From the NCBI GenBank assembly GCA_963704865.1, contig CAVPIE010000002.1, forward strand, positions 654,989 through 718,988: a stretch of DNA of 64,000 bases, in the 5' to 3' direction. Below, in pieces: positions 52,533 to 62,200 of this stretch (the stretch's first letter is position 1; each line of letters starts with the position of its first letter). Position numbers and translations under genes: made by a program. The stretch is from an uncultured delta proteobacterium. GTDB taxonomy: Bacteria > Myxococcota_A > Polyangia > Polyangiales > Houyiibacteriaceae. Below the pieces are notes generated by a model. The model saw nothing but the letters and a program-made list of their open reading frames with translations. It searched no databases and had not been told where the DNA came from.

Positions 52533-53351
52533 GAAAGTTCGAAGGCAAGACAGCGGTGATCACCGGGGCGAGCAGTGGCATCGGGGAGTCCTGTGCGCGG
52601 AAGTTCGTCGCGGCAGGCGCGCGTTGTTTTGGCAGCCCGAAGCGCCGAGCCCTTGCAGCGGCTGGTCGAGGAGCTCGGTGCCGAGGTGGCGCACGCCGTG
52701 CCGACCGATGTGGCGAACCTCCGCGCCTGTGAGCACCTTCTCGAAGAAGCAACATCGAAGTTCGGGAGCATCGACATCCTCATCAACAATGCAGGATACA
52801 ACTCCCGTGGGCCGCTCGAAGAGCTTTCCATGGATTCGATGCTTCAGATCCTGGACGTGAATCTCCGTGGCCCGATGATGCTCACCAAGCTCGCGCTTCC
52901 GCACATGCGGTCGCGCGACTCGGGGACGATCGTCAACGTGGCATCCTTGGCAGGCCGCTTTCCACTCGACGACGAGGCGACCTATTCCACGACGAAATTC
53001 GGGCTTCGAATCTTCTCGTTTGCCGTTGCGGAGGAGCTTCGGAACACTAACGTTCGCATTTCCGTCGTGAGCCCGGGGCCCGTCGAAACCGGCTTCATCC
53101 TCGACCCGAGCGTCATCGACGCGGTCCCCCCGCTCGTGTTTTCGCAGCCGATGAGCACCGCAGATGAGATCGCCGACCTCGTGCTGGCTTCCGCGGGCGA
53201 CGGCCTGAGAGAGCGGACCAAACCTGCGTTCAGCGGGAAGCTAGCGACGATGGGTTATCTGTTTCCGTCGCTTCGCCGCACGTTGCTTCCGGCGCTCGAA
53301 CGCAAAGGAAGAGCTGCCAAAAAGAAATACCTCGCACGCCATATGCGCTGA
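52529..53351 (+). pseudogene. SDR-family oxidoreductase with an interrupted reading frame (pseudogene or sequence error)
   Basis: The N-terminus with the cofactor motif (MRKFEGKTAVITGASSGIGESCARKFVAAGAR) is in one frame from ATG 52529. The rest (VVLAARSAEPL...NNAGY...YSTTKF) is in the frame one nucleotide downstream. The break is at the GCGCGCG run 52617-52623, consistent with a 2-nt loss. Confidence 0.7.
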
Positions 53352-54269
53352 TCAATCGGTCTCGCGCCGTGGGGGCGGCAGCGCCGACAAGCGCTTCGGC
53401 GACGGCCCCCAAGTGTCGACGCGCGGTAGCATTTTGTAGAGGAGCCAGTGGTACGTGCTGCGCGGCAAGATACGCCGAAGCAGCGTGAAGGCCCGCGCGT
53501 CCAGCGTCGCCGGAACGCGTAGTGGCGGCCTCGGACGGCGCATGGTTTTGAGCACCACGCGGGCAACCGATGCTGGGGTCGCACGCGAAGCCTTCATCAG
53601 CCTTTCGATGAACGGCGCCATGTTGATGTAGTGTTCGTGATAGGGCTCGGCCAGCTCCTGCTCGGAGCGATCGCTTTGACTCGTGTACCGGACTTTCTGG
53701 AAACCGTCGGAATCGATCAAGCCCGGCTGCACCAGGCTCACCCGAATCCTCCAGGGCCGAACCTCGTACCAGAGCGCTTCGTGCGCGCCTTCGAGCGCAA
53801 ACTTCGATGCGCTGTACGCGGCCATCGTGGGCATCGCCATCATGCCACCGACGGAGCTCACCGTGATGATCCGCCCCGCTCGCTTCGCGCGCATCCCCGG
53901 AAGCACCAGTCGGATCAGCTCCATCGGCGAGCGGAAGTTCACGTCCATCTGCGCGATGCGCTCCCGTTCGTCGACATGCTCCACCACGGCCCGGTAGGAA
54001 ACCCCTGCATTGTTGATCAAAACGTCGATGCCGCCCCAATCCCGCTCGGCCTCGGCGACGATCGCTTCGCGCTCCTGCGGCTTCGTCACGTCGAGTGCGC
54101 GAATTCGAACGTGCTCCGACTCGCAGATCGCATGGGAGTCGAAGCGCGGAAGCGAGCTCTCGCGCGCCGTGAGATAAACGCGGTAGTTCGTCTCCATGAG
54201 TGCGCGCGCGATTTCGAGGCCGATCCCGGTGCTGGCGCCCGTAATCAACACCGTCTTGTCGGATTCCAT
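53352..54269 (-). CDS. SDR-family oxidoreductase
   Basis: TVLITGASTGIGLEIA (TGxxxGxG), NNAG, YSASKFALEG (YxxxK). Confidence 0.9.
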   Translation of the reverse strand: MESDKTVLITGASTGIGLEIARALMETNYRVYLTARESSLPRFDSHAICESEHVRIRALDVTKPQEREAIVAEAERDWGGIDVLINNAGVSYRAVVEHVDERERIAQMDVNFRSPMELIRLVLPGMRAKRAGRIITVSSVGGMMAMPTMAAYSASKFALEGAHEALWYEVRPWRIRVSLVQPGLIDSDGFQKVRYTSQSDRSEQELAEPYHEHYINMAPFIERLMKASRATPASVARVVLKTMRRPRPPLRVPATLDARAFTLLRRILPRSTYHWLLYKMLPRVDTWGPSPKRLSALPPPRRETD

Positions 54270-54336
54270 CTGGGTTTGAGTTTATAGGGAGCGGCACTTA
54301 CACTGAAAGCGCCTTTTGCAGGTAGGGGAGGACGCC

Positions 54337-54924
54337 ATGGTTTGGCTAATTGCTTTGTTGGTGCTCGCTGTCGCCCTGATCGCCTGGTTCGCGGGCATCT
54401 ACAACGGCTTGGTCAATCTTCGGAACCGCTTCCGCAACGCATTCGCCCAAATCGACGTGCAGCTCAAGCGGCGGCATGACTTGATTCCGAACCTGGTCGA
54501 AACCGCCAAGGGGTTCCTCGCGCATGAACGCGAGACGCTCGAAGCGGTGATCGCCGCACGGAATTCCGCCGAAGGAGCCCGCACCAGGGCGGCCGCCAGC
54601 CCAGGGGACGCCCAGGCCATGCAGGGGCTCGCAAGTGCGGAAGCCGGCTTGAGCGGCGTGCTCGGCCGGCTCTTCGCCCTCTCCGAGGCGTATCCCGACC
54701 TCAAGTCGGACAAGACCATGATGCAGCTGTCCGAAGAGCTTTCGACGACCGAGAACAAGATCTCGTTTGCGCGGCAGGCCTTCAACGATGCCGTCATGCG
54801 ATACAACAACAAGTGCGAGATGGTGCCGTCCAACTTGGTTGCCGGCATGTTCGGGTTCGAGCGCGCGGAGTTCTTCGAGGTCGAAGAAGAAGCGGAGCGC
54901 GCGCCCGTCAAAGTCCAGTTCTGA
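54337..54924 (+). CDS. lemA: LemA family protein
   Basis: ATG 54337 with an AGGGGAGGA RBS. N-terminal TM, then YNGLVNLRNRFRNAFAQIDVQLKRRHDLIPNLVE, typical of LemA. Confidence 0.9.
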   Translation: MVWLIALLVLAVALIAWFAGIYNGLVNLRNRFRNAFAQIDVQLKRRHDLIPNLVETAKGFLAHERETLEAVIAARNSAEGARTRAAASPGDAQAMQGLASAEAGLSGVLGRLFALSEAYPDLKSDKTMMQLSEELSTTENKISFARQAFNDAVMRYNNKCEMVPSNLVAGMFGFERAEFFEVEEEAERAPVKVQF

Positions 54925-54927
54925 GCC

Positions 54928-56880
54928 ATGGACTTCTTCGAGGAGCAGGTCGTCGCGCGCAAGCGAACCCGACGGTTGGCGCTCCTGTTCACGCTCGCCG
55001 TCCTCGGCGTCATCGCCTCGGTGTACCTGCTTGCCATGCTCGTCTCCGGCGTCGTCTCGATCGACGGAGCGGGCGTCCGCTACATGACAGGGGACTACGA
55101 AAACTTCGCCCAGCTCACCCTCGCGTTCTGGGATCCCGGCGTGTTCCTCTTCGCGCTCGGGAGCACGGCAAGCGTCGTCGGCCTCGGCTCGCTCTACAAA
55201 GTAGCGCAGCTTCGCGCGGGTGGTCCGGCGGTTGCCCTTGGTCTCGGCGGGCGCAGAGTCGACCCAGATTCGACCAGGCTCGACGAGCGGCGCCTGTTGA
55301 ACGTCGTCGAAGAGATGGCCATCGCTTCCGGAGTCCCCGCCCCCGAGGTCTACGTGCTCGACCGCGAGCCGGGCATCAACGCCTTTGCCGCTGGGAATAC
55401 CACCAGCGATGCGGTCATCGGCGTCACGCAAGGCACACTGCAGCTTCTCCGTCGCGACGAGCTTCAAGGCGTCATCGCCCACGAGTTCAGCCACATCCTC
55501 AATGGAGATTCGCGCATCAACCTTCGCGCCATCGGCCTCTTGCACGGGATCTTCCTCCTCGCGCTCATCGGCCGGTTTCTGATTCGCGGCTCCATGCACA
55601 GTGGCAAGAAGGAAGGCGGCGGCGTGGCTGTCATCGGCGTCGGGCTTCTCGCGATTGGCTCGATTGGTGTCTTCTTCGGACGCATGATTCAGAGCTCGAT
55701 CTCCCGACAGCGAGAGCTTCTCGCCGACGCCTCGGCGGTGCAGTTCACCCGCGACACCGATGGATTGGTCGGCGCTCTCAAAAAGATCGGCGGAGCGTCG
55801 TCGAGCTCGCACCTAGAAACGCCGAAGGCCGATGAAGCCAGTCACATCTTCTTCTCCGATGCGGTTCGCCGACTTCGCCTCTTCGCGGGTCTGTTCCGAA
55901 CCCACCCGCCACTCGGTGAACGCATTCGCAAGCTCGAGCCGAGCTGGGACGGAGAGTTTCCCGAAGTGCCGGTGCCTCGGATCGCCCAGGGCATGAGCAC
56001 GCCGCCCGGGCCACCAGGCACCCAGGCGTACGCGTTCTCCGAAGCGCCGACCGAGCTGTCCGTGGGCCAATCCCTCGAGCACATTGGGAGCCCGCGCCCC
56101 GAGCAGGTCGCCTTCGCCCGCTCGCTTCACGCCGCCCTCCCTGACCTTTGGATTCACGCCGTCCATCAGGCCCCCATGGCCCAGGCGATGGTGTTCGGGC
56201 TTCTGCTCGCGCAGGACGAAGTGCTCCGCGGGACCGAGCTGATCCGCCTCGAGGAGCTGACCGATCCGCCCACGGCCGACCTCACGCTTCGGTTTCACGC
56301 CGAGGCGGTCGACCGCTCCTCGGCCGAGAAAATCGCCCTCGTCGACATGGCGCTGCCGACCTTGCGCAACTTGTCGGCCGACGAGTACGAACGGTTTCGC
56401 CACGTTGTCGACGCGCTGATGCAAAGCGACCGGCGCATCGATTTGTTCGAGTACACGCTGAGCCGGATGATTCAGCGTCACCTCGCGCGACACTTCGAGG
56501 GTGCGGGCCCGGCACCTCTGAAGTTCCGGTCGCTTCGGGCGCTTGTGCCCGACATGCGCGTGCTCATCGCCACGCTGGCTCGGGTTGGGAGCCGAACCGA
56601 AGAAGCAGCCGAGCGCGCGTATCGGCACGGCGTGCAGACGCTTCACCTCGGGGACGCAGCAGGTGCGATCCCAGCCGAGCGCGAATGCACCCTTGCAGCG
56701 GTCGATCGCGCCCTCAGCCGCTACGATTCGGCGGCGCCCGCGCTCAAGCACGGGCTCATGTTGGCCTGCGCCGCCACGGTCATGGCGGACGACAAGGTCA
56801 CCGACCGCGAGGCGGAGCTCATCCGCGCGATCGGCGACGCGCTCGATTGTCCTGTCCCACCTTTTGTGCAATCGGAGTAA
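54928..56880 (+). CDS. M48-family (HtpX-like) zinc metallopeptidase with a long C-terminal region
   Basis: HEFSH (HExxH) at VIAHEFSHILNGD, TM helices either side. C-terminal about 300 aa ends in a TerB-like segment (ADDKVTDREAELIRAIGDAL; low certainty). Confidence 0.85.
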   Translation: MDFFEEQVVARKRTRRLALLFTLAVLGVIASVYLLAMLVSGVVSIDGAGVRYMTGDYENFAQLTLAFWDPGVFLFALGSTASVVGLGSLYKVAQLRAGGPAVALGLGGRRVDPDSTRLDERRLLNVVEEMAIASGVPAPEVYVLDREPGINAFAAGNTTSDAVIGVTQGTLQLLRRDELQGVIAHEFSHILNGDSRINLRAIGLLHGIFLLALIGRFLIRGSMHSGKKEGGGVAVIGVGLLAIGSIGVFFGRMIQSSISRQRELLADASAVQFTRDTDGLVGALKKIGGASSSSHLETPKADEASHIFFSDAVRRLRLFAGLFRTHPPLGERIRKLEPSWDGEFPEVPVPRIAQGMSTPPGPPGTQAYAFSEAPTELSVGQSLEHIGSPRPEQVAFARSLHAALPDLWIHAVHQAPMAQAMVFGLLLAQDEVLRGTELIRLEELTDPPTADLTLRFHAEAVDRSSAEKIALVDMALPTLRNLSADEYERFRHVVDALMQSDRRIDLFEYTLSRMIQRHLARHFEGAGPAPLKFRSLRALVPDMRVLIATLARVGSRTEEAAERAYRHGVQTLHLGDAAGAIPAERECTLAAVDRALSRYDSAAPALKHGLMLACAATVMADDKVTDREAELIRAIGDALDCPVPPFVQSE

Positions 56881-56883
56881 ACC

Positions 56884-57240
56884 ATGGAGACACGAAGCGT
56901 CTACGAGACCGACGACGAGGTGCAGGCACTGGCTCTCCAGGAAGCCCTGGAAACCGAGGGCATCGCCGCTGTTCTGGTCAATCACCGCGATACCGCCTAC
57001 CCGGGCATCACCGACCGGCAGCGGCATGGGACCGAAATTCGTGTCGAAATGGACCAGGTCGAGCAAGCAACGCAGCTCATCGAGGAATTCCTCGCGGCCC
57101 AGCCCGTCGAAGGGCCCCCCATGGCCCCCCCCCCCGATTCGATGCCTGCACCAGGCCTGCGCGGGCCGAGCTCGTTGATCATCATCTTGTTATTACTGAC
57201 TTTATTGGGGGTCGCCGCTTATTTACTAACTGGCAAATAA
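56884..57240 (+). CDS. DUF2007-like small protein with Pro-rich linker and C-terminal TM anchor
   Basis: VYETDDEVQALALQEALETEGIAAVLVNHRD resembles DUF2007. The tail IIILLLLTLLGVAAYLL is encoded by AT-rich rare codons. Confidence 0.65.
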   Translation: METRSVYETDDEVQALALQEALETEGIAAVLVNHRDTAYPGITDRQRHGTEIRVEMDQVEQATQLIEEFLAAQPVEGPPMAPPPDSMPAPGLRGPSSLIIILLLLTLLGVAAYLLTGK

Positions 57241-57244
57241 GAGC

Positions 57245-57273
57245 TTGGATCGCGTTCGATTGTGCGCTATAAA
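57245..57273 (+). promoter_or_regulatory. candidate sigma-70-type promoter (TTGGAT-17 nt-TATAAA)
   Basis: TTGGAT 57245-57250, 17-nt spacer, TATAAA 57268-57273, 27 nt before ATG 57300, in a locally AT-rich patch. Confidence 0.4.
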
Positions 57274-57299
57274 TTTACGGTTAGTAAAGGAAGCGCGCG

Positions 57300-57479
57300 A
57301 TGGTCGTCACAGAGTCATACGAGCTCAGGGAGCTAGCCAAGCTCCTCAACTGGAACCCGGCTCACTGTAAGGTGATCCTCAAGCAGCTGGGCGTGGACCC
57401 AACGCAGCCCATCGACGAAGAAATCGCGGCGAAAGTCGCCCAGAAGATTCGTCGCCAGTGGCCGCCTCAGGCTGCCTGA
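57300..57479 (+). CDS. small HTH-like protein (59 aa), below the ORF-track size cut-off
   Basis: My own translation: MVVTESYELRELAKLLNWNPAHCKVILKQLGVDPTQPIDEEIAAKVAQKIRRQWPPQAA. GC3-rich codons, AAAGGAAG RBS-like sequence, candidate promoter upstream. Confidence 0.5.
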   Translation: MVVTESYELRELAKLLNWNPAHCKVILKQLGVDPTQPIDEEIAAKVAQKIRRQWPPQAA

Positions 57480-57506
57480 CCCCTTCTTTCGCGATCCGGC
57501 TCCAGC

Positions 57507-59210
57507 TCAATCCAGCGCCTCGGCAATTGCGTCGAGGAGCCCGGAGTAGCGTCGAGCGCTCCGGCCAAGCGCCGCCAGCACCACTTCCTTTGGGCCGACG
57601 AGTCGCACCGCATGGCGTGCACGACTGACCGCGGTGTAGAGAAGCTCGCGGCTCAAGGTCGGCGCGTCCTCGTCCGGAAGAACGAACAGCACTTCGTCGA
57701 ACTCCGAACCCTGTGCCTTGTGCACACTCAGCGCGAACGCGTCTGAGTAGCGCGGCAACCTCGCTTCGGCGATTTCGCGAAAGCCTTCCGCTTCGCTCGG
57801 CACCGTCGCGATCGACGGCTTGCCTCCGACGAGCATCGCGAAGTCTCCGTTGTAGACCTTGAGCTCGTGGCTGTTCTCCTCGATGATGATCGGCCTCACC
57901 GCGGGCTCGCGTCCTTCGCTTTGGTACAGCCGGTCGACCACCGCGGCGCCGAGCCTTCGCGTGCCGACCAGCCCTCTCCGAAACGGACTGAGCATCACGT
58001 AGCGGCTGCGAAGGTCGAAATGCCGTGCCGGGTCCCGTGTGCCTAGCGCGGTGGACCAATGGGAAGCGGCGCGATCAAGCTCGGCAGGCAAGCCAGCCGA
58101 AGAGACCCAGACCAGATCCTTTGCATCGTCGAGGTCGAGCAGGCGTTGGACCGTCGCTCCATCGCCTTTCCGGATCGCCGCGATCAGCTGGCCGAGGGGC
58201 TGTTTCTCGTCGTAGCGATACGTCTTGGTCAGCTGCGTGACGCCGCCTTTCCAAGCGGTTTGCGCGCTCGCCATCACCAGGTCCCGAAGCACCGAACCGG
58301 CTTCCACCGAGGTGAGCTGGTCCGGGTCCCCGACGATCAACAAGGTCGCGTCCCCTGGTGTCGCGTTCAGCAATTGCCGCATCAAACCGAGGTCGACCAT
58401 CGAAGCCTCGTCCACCACGATCACGTCCGCTTCGAGCGGCCGGTCGGCGTTTCGCCCAAAGCGGGCTCCTTCGCGCCGCATCCCGAGAGCCCGTTGCAAG
58501 GTGGTGGCATGCTCGGGGATCGCCGCGAGCACTTCGATGGAAGTCGCGATCCCGGACTTCGCCTGGCGCACCGCCTCTCCCAACCGCGCGGCGGACTTTC
58601 CCGTCGGAGCGAGCAAGAGGACACGAGGTACTGCCTGGGCCTCTCGCAAGTGCTCCTCGATCATCAGCGCGACGATCGCAGCCACGGTGGTCGTCTTGCC
58701 CGTTCCCGGACCGCCGCAAAGCAGCGAGACCGAATGCTGAAGCGCGTTTCGTGCGGCGCCGCGCTGCGGCGAGTCGCCCGCGCCGGGGAACAGACGTTCG
58801 AGGGATGCCTCGAGCCGAGGTGTATCGCTTGCCATGCGTGGCGGGGTCGAAGATCGCAGCGCGAGCTCGCGAGCGATGTCACGCTCGAGCTGCCAGTACC
58901 GGCGCAGGTAGAGACGGCCGGCTTCGTCGAGCACGAGGGGCCCACCATCGCTGAGTGTGCTCGCGGCGATCAGGTCTTTCCAACGCGCGACAGCGGGCAA
59001 CTCGGCCGGTCGCCCGGCTTCCCGCGGCCAGATCTCCGCGGCCGACATGTCCAATGGGAAACAGCTGTGCCCCAACCGCACGTTGCGGCCCGTGAGCGCG
59101 ATGGCGAGCTCGACCTCGGGGCTCGAGGGCCCAACGATTCGGCCGAGCGCCCGCGCCAGCTCGACGTCGAGCAGCTCGAGCAGGCCCCTGGCTTGCAGCT
59201 CAGCGAGCAT
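57507..59210 (-). CDS. recD: exodeoxyribonuclease V alpha subunit
   Basis: LLCGGPGTGKTTTV Walker A, VIVVDEASMVDL, C-terminal SVHKAQGSEFDEV. Confidence 0.9.
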   Translation of the reverse strand: MLAELQARGLLELLDVELARALGRIVGPSSPEVELAIALTGRNVRLGHSCFPLDMSAAEIWPREAGRPAELPAVARWKDLIAASTLSDGGPLVLDEAGRLYLRRYWQLERDIARELALRSSTPPRMASDTPRLEASLERLFPGAGDSPQRGAARNALQHSVSLLCGGPGTGKTTTVAAIVALMIEEHLREAQAVPRVLLLAPTGKSAARLGEAVRQAKSGIATSIEVLAAIPEHATTLQRALGMRREGARFGRNADRPLEADVIVVDEASMVDLGLMRQLLNATPGDATLLIVGDPDQLTSVEAGSVLRDLVMASAQTAWKGGVTQLTKTYRYDEKQPLGQLIAAIRKGDGATVQRLLDLDDAKDLVWVSSAGLPAELDRAASHWSTALGTRDPARHFDLRSRYVMLSPFRRGLVGTRRLGAAVVDRLYQSEGREPAVRPIIIEENSHELKVYNGDFAMLVGGKPSIATVPSEAEGFREIAEARLPRYSDAFALSVHKAQGSEFDEVLFVLPDEDAPTLSRELLYTAVSRARHAVRLVGPKEVVLAALGRSARRYSGLLDAIAEALD

Positions 59211-62200
59211 CTGCGCCTCCTCCCAGCCACCGGTCGACCGCGTTCAGCAGCTCGGGAGATGCACGGTCGAAGAACACACTCGACCCGGCGCGCTCAGGAC
59301 CACCCATCCCTCGAAGAAACACGAAGAGCGCGCCGCCCCATTGGGTCATCGGATCGTAGTCGCGGACGCGCTGCTTCAGGTAACGATGCGCAGCGGCGGT
59401 GTAGAGCTGCGCTTGCAAAAGATAGTGCTCACGCTGGACCGCTTCGGCAATCGTGGCCGCGTCATAGGCTGGCAGGCTGTTGGACTTGTAGTCGGCGACG
59501 TACCAGCAGCCCTCCCATTGGAACAGCAAATCGATGTAGCCGCGCAGATAGCGGTGCAGTGTTTGGGAGCTGAGCTCGGCGAGTCGCGCGTGGTAGCCGG
59601 GCGCCGCCTGAGGCGCGCCGTGCTTTTCGAATAGCTTGGCCAGGCCCTCGAGGTTCGGCTGGTCCACTCGAAGCGTGAACTCGAGCTCTCGCAGCAGCAG
59701 CTTCGGCTCGAGCGCGCTCAGGCGCGGCGCACCAGGTTCAGCGGTGAGCGGCGTGCCGCACACCGTGACGAGATCCCGCTGCACCCCTTCGGCAAGAGCC
59801 GAATCGAACCCCCATGCCTCCAACTCTCGCTCGATCGCGGCCGCAGCCGGCTCTCCACCAAGCTCCGCGAAATCCGCATGCTCCAAGATCGAATGGAGAA
59901 GTAGACCTGTCTGAGCCCCAGCCGCCAGGTTGCTGAAGAGAGACGACCCTGGATCCGTGGACGCCGCGTCGCTTCGTACGACGGGCGCTTTCTCGTCATG
60001 GCCGGTGAGGCTCGTGAAGCTGGCCATTCGAGGCGCCTGAACGAAGGTGCGGCCGGGTGCTCTCGCGGACAGCCGATCCTCGAGAACCTCGAGCTGCAAG
60101 GGAGCCGCGACCTCCTCGTGAGGCGACCGGCATTCGATCGACCCCGACGACTCGGCCACCAGCGCCTCGACGGCTTCGCGCAGCTCTGTTTCGTCGAGCT
60201 TGTCGAACCCGTCGTCGCCGTGCAGCAGGTAGCGAAGCGCCGACTTCTTCCAGCCCGAACCGCGGCCCCAAAAAAGCGTGCAGCGGTATTTTGCGCGGGT
60301 GACGGCTACATAAAGCAACCGCAGCGCATCGGATTGCGCTTCGAGCTCGGCGAGCCTGCGATGCTCGTCGAGCTCCGGCTGGTTCGCGAACCTTTTCTGC
60401 GCGTTGCGGAGCGTGAAGCGAAGGTCGAGCTTGATGTTCCCCTGCGCATCGTGAAACTTCAGGGCCTTGGCCGCGAAGTCCCGAAGGCCGGCGTCATTCC
60501 ATGTGAACGGGCAGTAGACGATTCCGTATTCGAGGCCCTTGCTCTTGTGAATCGTCGCGACTCGAACGGCCCCCGAATCCGCGTCGGCCCGCTGCTGGAG
60601 CTCCTCGCGCGCCATCCCGCCGCTTGCGGAACCATCACTCGAGCGCCGGAGCCACTGCATGAGGGCGACCGGGCTCCGGCCTCGCTCGCGTTCTCCACGA
60701 AGCAAGAGCTCCTCGAGGTGCGAAAGGTCGGTGAGCTCCCTCCGTGCCGCCGGCTGTCGCGCAATCTGCGATTCCGCACCCGAGCCACGAAGCATGGCTT
60801 CGAGGAAATGCAGCACCCCGTAGCTGTGCCAGGCCTCATTCCATTCTCGAAAGCGCGTCACCCAGCCGGTCCAGGTTTCATCGGTCATCGAGGAGAGCTC
60901 ATACGGGCTGACGCCCAAAAGCCTCGTGAGAAGCGCGCGCCGGACCGCGCCGGAGTCGCCCGGCATCAAGGCCGCTTCGAGCACGGCTCTCAGCTCCGAA
61001 GCGATTTCAGTCCCCAGCACGCTCGAACCGCCGTCGAGCGAGGTCGGGATCTGGAGGGTGCGCAGTGCGGCGGTCACTTGGTTTGCTTGCGTGTTGCTCC
61101 GGCACAACACGGCGACGTCGTCCGCGACGATCGGGCGCCCGTCGATTCGAGCATCCGAATGCAACAGCAGCGCAATCTCGTTGGCGACGATCGGTGCGAC
61201 CGCCTCGGCGAGTGAACCCTTGAGCTGGTCCTCTCGCACGAAGACGACTTCCAAGCCGGTTTCGAGACTTGAACGGTTCTTCGCGGCCCGTGCGACCGCT
61301 CCTTCGAAGTCGATGTCCGCGAGCGCGAACGCGGGTTTCCTCAGGGAGAACAGGGCGTTCACCCCTTCGACGACGGCCGGGTCTGAGCGCCAGTTTGTTT
61401 TTAGCGTGTGCTTCCGCTCGCCGACGTCGGCCGACGCGCCGATGTAGGAGAACACGTCCGCGCCGCGAAACGAGTAGATCGCTTGCTTTGGGTCGCCGAC
61501 GTAGACTGCCACGCCTTCGCCGTAGATCGCCCGGAAGATCCCGTACTGTACCGAATCGGTGTCTTGAAACTCATCGACGAGCGCCAGCGGATACGCATTT
61601 GAAATCGTTGCGATGACCTCGTCGCGGTTGGACGCAGCGCTGCCCGTCAGCGATGGATTCAACGGCGCGTAGACCGCCGTCAGCAAGTCGTCGAAGGTGA
61701 AGACCGCGGTTTCGTGGCGGCGCTTGCGCGAGGCTTTCTGCGCGTGCTCGATGAAGCGCAGCTGGACCTCGAACACCGCGTAGTCGAGCATCGGCACGAG
61801 CGCTTCGTGGGCATCCCGGAGGCGACGGCAGGCCTCGAAAAACTCATGCTTCGGCTCCTCGCGGCCTTTCTTCATCGTCATGTTGCCCTGCGCGAGTAGC
61901 GCCACGCACGCTGGCGGGTACGCAAAACGCGCCTCCGAGAAGAAGTTGTCGAGCTCCGGAATCCAGGTCTTCGAGATGCTCCTGAGATTGTATCGATTCC
62001 GGTTGAAGTCCTCGTTGTGCAGGAGGATGTCGCGGATCTGCGCCCGCTCCTCGGTCCAGAGCCTTCCGGCGCGGCCGCGCAGCTCCAACCAGTCCGCGAT
62101 GATTTCCTCGCTCGGTTCTTGCCGTTCAGGACCGAGGATCTCGGTGCCCGGCATCAGGGCGACGGTGGCGAGCCTCGCCAGATGATCCGGCCCCACTTTG

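Noticed and set aside
54346-57066. Two long minus-strand ORFs (488 and 417 aa) across lemA and the M48 peptidase gene.
   Set aside because: The plus-strand frames have LemA and HExxH peptidase signatures and 3-nt operon spacing. The antisense translations are compositionally biased.
58059-61215. Plus-strand ORFs of 504 and 405 aa inside recD and recB.
   Set aside because: They are antisense to genes with helicase and nuclease motifs. These are shadow ORFs.
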